Positions 50,415 through 60,770 of a stretch of DNA of 64,000 nucleotides are shown piece after piece. The translations under genes were made by a program, and so were the position numbers. The notes beneath the pieces are model-generated. The model saw nothing but the letters and a program-made list of their open reading frames with translations. It did no database searches and was not told the DNA's origin. The stretch's first letter is position 1; each line of letters begins with the position of its first letter. Source of the DNA: Raillietiella orientalis (lineage: Eukaryota); the NCBI GenBank assembly GCA_036172245.1, contig JAYWIR010000053.1, positions 62,001-126,000 of the forward strand, read 5' to 3'.

Positions 50415-51162
50415 TCCCTTCCCTGCCCTCCAACTTCTTTTTGTCTGTTTATTTTTTTATTTTTCTTTTTGTTTTATCCCCATCCCCCTTCGCTGCTGAG
50501 GAACGCTACGCTGGGCTGCGTCCCGGCAGGTCCAGTGCATATGGCCGTGAGCAAGGCCTTGTACCGCGGATGTAGAGTTTTTTAAAAATAAATGCCCTGG
50601 GCGTACCCGGGTGTAAACCTCCAAGGCTGGCAAGAAGGCCGTAAGGCGTCCGGCCTCCCCTCAGGAGTCCTTCACTTCCCACCCCGAGGTGGAGGCCGGA
50701 AGCGCAGCCTCCGTTTCCACGGCACCGCGCAAGAAGGCTAAACGTAAGTCCACAAAGACAAGGAAGCTCGTCTCCCCCGTCGAAGGGGAAGAGATGGCTT
50801 CCGCAAGCGAGGGTTCCATGAGCGTGGGAAACTCTCGGGATCCGTCGCCCGAGAGACTCCCACGCGCGGACACGGAGGGGATGGAGGGGGTGGAGGCCGA
50901 ACAGGTGCCTCAGGTGCCTGAGAAGGCCGAAACCCCCATGGTCATCCCGCCCGCCTCGCAAGAGGAGGGCTCCCCAAACCTTAATCTTCCCAGCAGTAAT
51001 GCCGGGAATCTCCTCCCGCCGTCGTCTGCGCATCGCCGTTTGGAACGTGAACGGCATGACAGACGCCGGCAGGAGACGAGACATGGCCGCCCTTCTGGAG
51101 TCCTACGACCTTGCGCTGCTGTAGGAGATCCACGTGATCTCTGCAGAACAAGCGCAAGAGAT

Positions 51163-54100
51163 TTCTCACCAGGTTACGCCGGGGCGTTTATTCCATATAA
51201 CATAACCAAAAAAAGCAATTATACAAAATAAACCAGTTGGGAACCAAACTCCCAACCGACGACTGAACAAGAATGAAGAGAATATTGCTGGCACGCAGGC
51301 CAGAGTAACAGTTTCTTGAACGGTGCGGGGGGACGGGAAAAACAAAGAAACCAAAATAAAATAGAAACAATGAATAAGGAGGACGGGATAAGTGTCTTTG
51401 GGATCGCTCTGGAAGACACAAGGATAAAAGCATGGGCACCGGAAATTTTACCGAGCGAACGGGAACGGGGTATGGGTGGGCGAGAGGTCGCAGGGGCCAC
51501 CGGATTACGCCGTTCTCAAAGGTGTGTAAACCGGCGATGTATGCCGGTGATGTACTCATTCACCTTGTCACGAAGATGAGACCACCTTGAAGCCTTCTCC
51601 ATGAATTGAGCTGCAAGCAGGTGAGCCTCCCTTCGCTACGATGACAACTTCAGGGCGTAGCGGGCCTTCACGATGGCGCGAACGCAACACATGGTTGCGA
51701 CAATCGCGCCAACCGAAAGTCCATTTCTGCTGAAGAAGCGCCGCAGCACATCAATGGCAGTGCCTCCTTTTGGCATGATGGCCGAAGTGAGCCTTCGCCA
51801 CAGTTCCCGGAGTTCACCGCAGTCCAGCAAAAGGTGCGGAAAAGATTCGATCTCTCCGCACCTTAAACAGTTTGGCAAAGCAGCTCCCCCGGAAACGATG
51901 CTTCGCTGCCCATTACAGTGTAATGCACAATGTGAAAAGAGCAGCACATCTTGCTTCCACTTAAGGGGGAACCTGGAGCTGCCCAAGCAAACGGGGGGAA
52001 CCAACATCTCTCCGGGGGGCACACTTAAGTGTTCGCTCCACCGAAGCAGGCCCTTCGCCCGATTCCGAGGTGTGGAGGCTTGCACCAGCTCCTTTGTCTT
52101 CCAGCTGCCGAGGAGCTTACTGACTTACGCTATTTTGCAGGAGAACTTTTATTCCGCCGGCAGGCAACCGTCGTTGCCTGCCCTGAGGGGAGACAGCGCT
52201 ACGGAGAGTGGTGTGGCGGCCAGACGATCGGACAACTTCTTGTCCTGCATGACTTCGTCCATTTGATGAATGAGGAGAAGTCGCAGGCGTCGAAGATCTT
52301 CCGGGCGCGTTCCTTCGGAAGCTGCCCACGATGAAAAAGATTCCTGCCGCCATGCATTAATGTTCATGGGGCGGCAGGAGATCCAGCTTTGGGCTTCCAG
52401 CAGTGAGGACAGCTGCCTCAGCGGGAAGCCAAACCCTATTCTGGTGTGCCGAAAGTGGAGTAGCAACGAAAGCAGTCCCTCGCTTCCCGTGCAGCGCCTC
52501 AGTATAAGGCGTGCGGGTAAGCACCACGGCGTACACCTCAGCTCGGCACAGAGCCGAGGCATGCGAAACTGCACCTGCAGTTTGATGCTGTTTAAGTTGA
52601 GGATGCCAAAGCCTGCATCCTGATGCGGCATCACAAAGTCTTTAAGTCTAACACGGGATCTTGCAGCGCCCCACAACGCTTTGAGTAGAAGGCGCTGCGC
52701 CCAGACTTTGACTTCCTGGGGGGGTGGACAAACAAAAAACAGGGGGCGGAGGAGAGGGGCAAAGAAGGTGTTCCAGATGCAGGCCCGTTCCGGCAAGACG
52801 AACTCGCCTCCTGAAAACGTGCCAAGTGCACGCTCTGCCTTCCGAAGGCAGTCCGACCACGCTTCTGAGATGCAGAAGTCGCCCAACGGCACGTCAAGGT
52901 ACCTGAGGCACCTGTCCTTGGGGATCCCCAGACCGATCCAGTCGTAGTGCATATCCCACGTCGCAACCACCGGGACAACCATACACTCACTCCTTTTAAC
53001 GCTCACGCCGGCACCGCGACGAATCAACTCAAAGAAGTCTTCAGGCGATGTCACAGGGGTCGACATGGGCAACAGGAGAAGCAGGTCGTCGCCATAGGCT
53101 GCTACGGCAAGCGTACATGGACAGGAGCTCGGCAGGTTGGATAGCGTCAGCCTGTAAGCTCCCAACACCAATTCAAAATAGATGCTGAAGAGCAGCGGGC
53201 TTAAGCTATCACCCCGCCTAATTCCTCGTCGTACTGGCACGCCATACACGCGACAGCCACTGAAAACAATGGATGTAATCGCGTGGCGCCAGCAGGAGCG
53301 CAGGTACGCCAACAGGGATGCCAGAAGACCCAGACGTTCCAAAAGCTCAAGAAGAAGCTTTTGGTTCACGCAATCTAAAGCTTTGTGCAGATCGACTGCA
53401 ACCGCCAAGGCTCCCGGTGTCTACCTTTGCGTCCCGCGCCTTCGTCGGTGAGAGATCGCAGGCGTCGCTTCCGCACGACGATCCACCGCCACACGATGCT
53501 GCAATTTCAGTGATGTACGGATGAACAAGAGATTCGCGTCAATGGACCGCCTAGGAACAGCGTACGTCTGCTCCGGACTTACCAAGGATTCCGCGATCCT
53601 ACCCATCCGCGCCACCCGGAGTTTCGAGAAAAACTTGACGTCTGAATTCACTAATGTGATAGGACGTCAGTTGTTCAGTTGGCGCAAATCTCCGCCTTTC
53701 GGCAGTAGACGCACCTTCGCTGATCGAAACGAGGCGAGCACATCGCCCGAGACTCGCATCAGCGCCGAGAGTTGGAGCACCAGGAGGATGAACTCCGCCG
53801 TAAAACACTGAAACAATTTCGAGGGGAGCCCATCTTCGACTGGCGTTTTTTGTCTCTTGAGCTCCGAGATGGCCGAGGAAATTTCCTCTGCCGTGAAGGG
53901 CTCATCAAGACGCGCGCGATCCTCGTCGTCTACAACGGGTGCATCAATCGGCAGAAGCAGCCGGAAGAGGCTGCTTTCCGTCGGTGCCTCTGTATACAGA
54001 AAAGTGTAATAAAGCCTGACTATCAGTCGCACGTCGGCTGGAGCCGAGCATTCACGGTCCTGGTCGTGGTGCAGTACTGTCGCCTCTGACTGCGAGACCT

Positions 54101-54213
54101 GGCGCTCGGTCTTGGCCTTGTACTCGGAAAATCGACCAAGGTCCGACCGCCTGGAAAATGAGCGGGCCTGCAGAAAAACTCTACTGTTGGCTGCGCCCTC
54201 TCCGAAGCCGCTT
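51163..54213 (-). mobile_element. LINE family F (A-related) 3' half: linker, RT, CCHC, 3' UTR
   Basis: GFGEGAANSRVFLQARSF; GIRRGDSLSPLLF, YGDD; CLRCGEIESFPHLLLDC; AATAAA-hairpin at 51163-51192. Confidence 0.88.
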
Positions 54214-54232
54214 TTAAGCGGCTTCGGAGAGG
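54197..54232. repeat. Perfect 17-bp inverted repeat with 2-nt loop at the F/B3 junction
   Basis: CCTCTCCGAAGCCGCTT-TT-AAGCGGCTTCGGAGAGG. Confidence 0.95.
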
Positions 54233-57200
54233 TTTGGGACGACGAACCCTCTGTTTGCACAGAGGGTGCGCTGCGCGAATCGCACGCCGAAATCGAGGAC
54301 GCCGCGTTCGCGCAGGCGGCGGAGGAGCTCGCGGCCACGCTGGCCGAGCATGAGAATCCCTCGCGCAAGGCCGTGCGAAGGCCGGCTCCGCCGAAGAAGG
54401 CCTCCGCAGGGGAGTGCTTCCTGGGGGCCGGAAGTGCATCCTCCTCGTCGGAGGCACCCCCCCGGAAGACGGGACGCAAGTCCCAGAAACGAAGGAGGCG
54501 CCTCCCCTCCACGAGCGAGGAGGAGAAGCAGGAATCCGACGGCAGCGTGGGAATCCCGGAGGGGAAATCGCACGCGCGGAAGTTGTCGAGCAGGCCACCC
54601 CCATGGAGGAGGGTGAGCATAGGGGCGAAGTCCTCCTTGTCAGCGCGGACCCTGTACAGCCCACCCCTATAGAGGAGGGATAACAGATAGGCGTGACCCC
54701 ACCGGAGGGTGACCCGCCCGACGCGCCGTCACCGATGGAGCAGGAGGACCAGGTGCTCGAGGCACATGTGCCTCCGGCTCCACCTAGTGTGCCGCCCCAA
54801 CAGGTGGCCGACGCCGCCGAGTCGATTTTTAAGGAACAACACCTGGGCTCGCCTGTCGCCGTCGAATCCGCGTGGCCAGTTGGGACGTCAAGGGGCTGCG
54901 CGACGACGTCAACAGACGAGATACGGCCGACACCCTGCGTGAGTTCGACCTGGCCCTGCTGCAGGAGATCGACGTGATCACCTCGGCAGACGTCCAGGAG
55001 ATGGAGACGATCGCGAGGGGTCGACTGTATTGGCGATGCGGCGCTCGCAACACCTGTGGTTTCGCGTTTTCCGTGAAGCCGGCCATCGACGCTGCCGTGA
55101 AGGGCGTACGCTTCGATGACGACGGTCGGGTCGGTCAGCTGACTCTCAGCTGATCCGACTCGAACGAATTGATCGTCACGCACGTGTACGCCCTAAGAGG
55201 GAAAGGGGGATACAGAGACCGTACCAGGTTGCTGGAAACCCTGAAGCGCGACTGGCTGGCCGATAGGAACGTGCGGAAGGCACACCTGATAGCTGGGGAC
55301 TTTAATCTCCGTCTGCTGTCAGGTGAGCCTGAAGCACAAGAACGCACGGCCAGCGAGCTGTGCGCTGCCATGCGCACGCGCAACTAGTTGGCGGGCGCGG
55401 AGCGAATGGATCGCAGCATCGACCCTTTCTTCCTGGATGTCGACCTGTGCTCGAGGGTCGGCAAACAGAGAAAAGTTGCGTCGACGCTGTCGGACCATTC
55501 CAGGATAATCGCCGAGGTTTGCCCGCGCTATAAAGGACCCCTGTCCAGGGCTTGGCGGCTGACTGGGGACTGGACGCGGTCCTCAGGTGCGAAGGAACAC
55601 CTTCGCGAATTCCTGAGAGGCGTCACCCTCCGCAGTATGAAAGATTGGAACCTCTTCAAGGCCTCGGTCCGCGAGTTCTGCGAGGAGTTCCCCCTTCACT
55701 GCCTGCACCTTGGATTTGGTAAGAGGGCTTGGAACCATAGGGCCTATCTACAGGCCCGCCGGTACGAGAGGACCCCCAATGTCCGTCGCCTGGCCAAATA
55801 TCGAGCCGGGGCCTAGCGTTAAGCCTGGCAATCTGGTTCGGCCAGCTTGCTGGACAACCAGGGCCGGGAGCGATCAGCCCCACCCGCAATCAGGCACCTC
55901 GTGCGGCATTATTATTTCTCCCTCTACGCTAGGGCGCCCCCAGAGCGGGACGCCTCGCGGCTCCTGCTTCCGGGTGGAGGCCAGACAATAGGGGACGAGG
56001 AGAAGGAAAGCCTCGACGAGCCTTTTTCTACCGGTGAAATTCTCGCCGATATCAAAAGGCTCAAGGAGCGAAAGGCGCAAGGGGAGGACGGCCTGCCTGC
56101 GGAATTCTTTCAATGTTTCGCGGCAGAGCTGGCACCCTTGGTGCTTCAGTTGAACGGGCTGATCCGAGACGAAGACGACGTTCCCGCCTCGTTTCGGTCA
56201 GCCCGTGTGAGGCTCCTCCCGAAGGGAGGAGACCTGAGATCCTTAGGCAATTGGCGTCCGATCACAATTGTGAATAGGGACGCCTAGCTGGTCGATGGAC
56301 TGTGAGCTTCGCGTCTAAGACAGGTGGCAAACTCCATAATTAGCTTGGAGCAGACATACGCTGTTCACGGGCGAAGTATGGATGCCAACCTGTTCTTCGC
56401 GAGCGCATGGTTCCATGTGCAGCGCTGCCTGAATAAAACTGGCGTAAAGATTGGCAACCCCACTTTGGGGCCGCCAGATGGGCTGGGAATGGGCACCCGG
56501 GCTGGTAAGGGGGCCCTAGTGATCGCGGTCGATCTCCATAAGGCGTTCGACTGCGTTGACCAGGAGATAATGCTGTAGCTTCTGGGTCGAATGGGCTTCC
56601 TACCCTCCCTTCTCTCCTTCCTGCGCTCCTGCTGGCGGAATGCGATGATTATTGTCTCTTTGAGCGGTCACAAGGTTTATGGCGTGCTGGTGCGGCGGGG
56701 CATACGGCAGGGCGATAGCCTCAGTTTCCTGCTCTTTAGCACCTACTTTGATTTGGTGCTGAGAGCGTACAGGGTGACTTTGGCTGCCCTGCACAGCTCG
56801 TGGCCCTGCACGCCCGCCGTAGCAGCATACGCCGACCACCTTCTGCTCATGTTGCCTATGTCCGCCCCGGCTGCCGCAGTCGAGGATTTCTTCGACCTGC
56901 TAAGTCACGGGACTGGACTTCGGGTAAACAAGTCGAAGTCGTCGGTCGTACCGGTGGGTGCGACGTGGGTCGTACGGCCTGACAGGATCCGCTTGCTGAT
57001 CCCCGCGGCCAGGTACTTAAAGTACTTGGGTGTCATGTTGGGGGAATTCTGTGTTGCAGAAGCCTGGCAGGTCGTCTCCAAAAGGTAGAGTTGGCAATCG
57101 GCCCGTTCCTGGAAGGCAGGATCCTTCTGCCGGGACGGGCCGCGGTGTGGAACGCGTTGGCGGCTCCCATCCTCCGCCTTCTGCTTTCTGTTTGCCCCGT

Positions 57201-58644
57201 TTCTTGTGACATTCAAAAGAGGACCAAGGACCCACTCAGCATCGCCCTCTGGGGCAGCGGGAGGCAACGTGTGTTTCTAGATGACTTATGCGCTCCTCGT
57301 CGGGACGGCGGTCTCGGCCTCCTGACGCTGGAGCGCCGGGATATACAGCTACGATAGCGCACCCTCGCCATTGCAGCAAAGTTATGGAGCACTTCTTGGT
57401 GCGTTCCGGCCCGCAACCTCGCCAGCCGTGTGTCCAGGACGCAAGGAATCGCGTCGTACCTTCTGTGCTCTCGCAGGAAGTTCAGAAGATGCGGCCCTCT
57501 CCTTGGGCGCATGGAAGCCCTGGTGAGAGACAACGGTTGGACGGTATGCAGCATCGCCAACTCCTAGGTCTGGCTGGAGGAATCCGTTGTGACGTGGGCC
57601 AAGCTGAACCTCCAGACTTCCCCGGACTGGAACCGCCTGCGATACGGCCCCAACGCCTGCTGCACACTGCCGACTACACTGGAGTGTCCCGCTAGGAGCA
57701 CGTGGGCGGGACTACCACTCTAGCCTCGACCCTGCCCTACCTACGAAGGGCTTTAACGAGTGGCCGCAAGCCAAAGTGGAAAGTCTCCTGCCGAATCGCA
57801 GGCAAGGAAAAGAATATGAGCGGTTGGACCATGGGAGAACTGGCAGATGCCACAACCCCGAGTGCCCTCCCGCGTGGACTTCGTCGATGGGCGATCTGCT
57901 CGGCATCCCGACGGATGACCTGAAGTGGCCCCCAATATTAATCGGATCCAGGCTTCTCCCCCTGAAGTGGCAAGACTCGGCGCTGCTGCTGTTGCACTGT
58001 GGTCTACCCTGCAACGCGCACCGCATCCACTGGACGCGGGGAAGTGTAAGGCCTGAGTGTGCCATTTATGGGAAGCAAGAATCGCTCTCTCACTTACTTG
58101 TTGACTGTGCTGCCCTCCGTCCCCTGTGGGAACGGTTCGGGACGACCCTCGGGCTCCCAATGGGCAGCGCGCCCAGAGAAGTTCTTCGGCACCTCTTCGT
58201 GCGGGACGCCCTGCAGCCCGCCGCAGCCCTCGCCGCCTTCTGCTGCATCCGGGGCATTGTGGCGGCCTGGAGCGACATACGCGACGAAGGAGTGGATGCC
58301 AACGCGAGGGATGTCATCCCGTATGCGGTCTGCTTCATGCGGAGATCTGCGAGATGGCCCCATCTGGGAAGCATGAAGATGGACCTGGAGGGCATCCCGC
58401 GGAGGATGGGACTTCCTCCCAGTGGATTGTGATCCCTTCCCCTCCCTCCAAACTCTTTTTCTGTTTTCCTGATCTATATTTTTTTTTGTGTTTTGATCCC
58501 TATCCCCCTCAACTGCCGAGGAGCGCTACGCCGGTATGTGTCCCGGCGTCCCGGCAGGTCCGGTGTTGTGTAGCCGTTTGTGGGGCCTCGTACCACGTGC
58601 ATGTAGAGTTTTCAATGAACTCCTTGGGCGTACCCGGGTGACAG
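54233..58644 (+). mobile_element. LINE family B copy B3, 5'-truncated in ORF1
   Basis: EPSVCTEG ORF1 tail; EN; RT (YADH); ORF2 stop at 58432; 3' AATGAA-hairpin followed by CCGCAAATCCC. Confidence 0.9.
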
Positions 58645-59382
58645 CCGCAAATCCCGAAGGAAGGCGATGCAGAGGGAAATGGTCGCAGAACTCCTGGATC
58701 TACCGCTTGCAGCGTTCCCAGTCCTGAAGTGTCTGCATCCTGAAGCTCCGAATAAACGCGCGGAGGTGTTAAGCCTCGTAGGGAAACTTCAGCCAGTCCC
58801 CTAGCAGACGACACGCTAACGAGGGGGGGCCCTTGTCGCACGGACGCACTTCGAACATGATCCGACCATGGTCCGAAAGCTCGGATGGTACATTGCCGCG
58901 CCTGCCCACCCGAGAGCATAGGTGCTGATCAAGGTACACGTGATCGATACTGCTTTCCATGGCCGCATCCGAGGCCAACAAGTTGCGCGTGTTCATTTCT
59001 GCGCACAACTCGTTGACGTGGTCTTTCAGTGCACCCGGCGCAGCTGAAAGCAGGCGCAGGTTGAAATAACCAGCGATCAGGTGCGCTTTGCAAACTCTTG
59101 CATCGGTCAGCCAATCGCGTCTCAAGGCAAGGTAGAACTCCCTTCTTGCCTTCGCCCTCAACGCGTAGTTTCCGCTAGCAGCGTATAGGTTGGTAACGAA
59201 CAGGTCGATAGAGTCGGACGAGCTGAGAGTCAGCTGACCGACGCGACCTGCGTCCATGGAACCGAACGTCTTTTATTGCGGTCTCGATGGCAGGCTGAAG
59301 CACGAAGGCGACACCGCGTGATTTCGCTATGCCGCAACGCCACAACAGCCGTCCACCCGAGATCCGTTCGATCACCTGGGCT
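58645..59382 (-). mobile_element. C-type LINE EN fragment C' bounded by B3 and G
   Basis: AQVIERISGGRLLWRCG...KARREFYL...IDH...SDH...FPLHRLPSGF. Confidence 0.88.
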
Positions 59383-60770
59383 CGTACAGTGGAGACGTGT
59401 TTCCGCGTCTATCCGCGCCAACGATCGGGCAACTTTGTGCCTGCGTTTTCGCTCGCACTTGTGTGTTCCTGTGCAATCTGCCAAGTAGCATAATGCAACA
59501 TGCCCAGTACACAGGATTGTGTGGAGGAGCAAGCTACTAGATGCACTTCAGCAGCACTTGAAGTGGCCGCATCCTCCGTCATGGTTTCCTTGCCCCCGTT
59601 GAGGAGTTACGCCGCCGTTAGTTCCTAAAGACCAGGACCCTGCGATGCAGAGTTCGAGGCATATGTGTCATCAGGATACATGCCTGCACTCCGTTATAAG
59701 GTCAGTGGGCCCCTTAACGAAAGAATCAGTCGTGAGCTCAACGATGAGCTCGTCCGGATCGGCGTTCGCGAGGAGGAACTCCTTGCATAATGCCTGCTGG
59801 CAGGATGGAATATACGAAGATTCGGTGCGAGAACGCAGCACTTGTGCAGCGCCTTATTCGTACGCCGTTGACCATCAATGGCAAGGAAGTCCTACCTACC
59901 GCGATGGACGACTCTTTTGTCGTTCAATTGTGCGACATCGAACAGGAAATCTCCGCCCGCGATGTCGTAAGTGTGCTGGTGAAGTTCGCCACCGTGCACG
60001 CTCTGTGGAGGAAGCCAAATCCTCTAAAGGATTTCCCCTCTGTCCACATTGGACAACCCTCCGCGCGGATCACCGTCACGAACAGGAGTGTTGTGCCTGA
60101 GCAGCTGCAGGTGAACGGCACGGTCGTTTACTTGTGGTTCATAGGCCAGGCTCGCGCGTGCGAGCAGTGCGGCAAGGAGGGGCACCGAATTAAAGAGTGC
60201 CCCTCTCCAAGATGCCGCTATTGCAAAGATTCCGAACACGAAATCAAAAAGTGCCCGGTACTTGCAAGAAAAAGAGCCGCAGCGGAAATTCGTGGGGTTC
60301 AAGACACCACTGCACGAATAGCCGCAGCGGCAAATAAAAAACGTCGTCCGCAAAAACTCGCAAAAAACCACGAAGGATACGCGGATGAAAAGAAAGCATC
60401 CCCGATCGCAACGCCCCGAAAGGGGAAAGTCAAGGCGGGGCAGCCAATTAAAAAGAGGCGCGAGGGTTTGACGTGTGCCGTTCCTTCCCTTTCTGCCGAA
60501 CTCCCAGGCACCTCTCCGAGCCAGGAACCAGGAAATCTCCGTAAAACCTTGGAGGGAAAGGTAGGAAAACAGAAAGATCGCAACAGTGCGAAGACTTCTT
60601 GCCCCGTTCCGTTGTCCCTTCCGAGTTCCGGACAGCCCCACTGCAGCGCAGGGCCCTCTGCAAAGGCTACGAAAGTCGTAAAAAGCAGCGTCGCGACGAG
60701 CAAAAGCACGCTGCATGCAGTCGCCCCATCGCCCACTCGGCAGTTTTCCCCAAGTCCCACGAGGGGTGGG
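59383..60770 (+). mobile_element. LINE family G (A-related) 5' UTR + ORF1 fragment
   Basis: 5' GGAGACGTGTTTCC; GYMPALRYKVSG; CEQCGKEGHRIKEC, CRYCKDSEHEIKKC; cut by J. Confidence 0.86.

Larger units (their letters stand above)
33160..50617 (+). mobile_element. B-type LINE copy H (parts 33160-35468 and 47279-50617), split by A1+A2
   Basis: 5' GGAGGACGTGTTTT; ORF1 33251-35001; EN IAGDF|FNLRL rejoins across the A tandem; 3' AATAAA at 50587; degenerate 10-bp TSD. Confidence 0.87.
31728..51162 (+). mobile_element. C-type LINE copy I (parts 31728-33159 and 50618-51162), split by H and interrupted by F
   Basis: 5' AGAGGACGTGTTTCC; ORF1 from 31817 (AYVEEGYNPSL); ELAASLQP|SKAGKKAVRRP continuity; TAATG at 50997-51001; EN start WNVNG. 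Confidence 0.83.
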
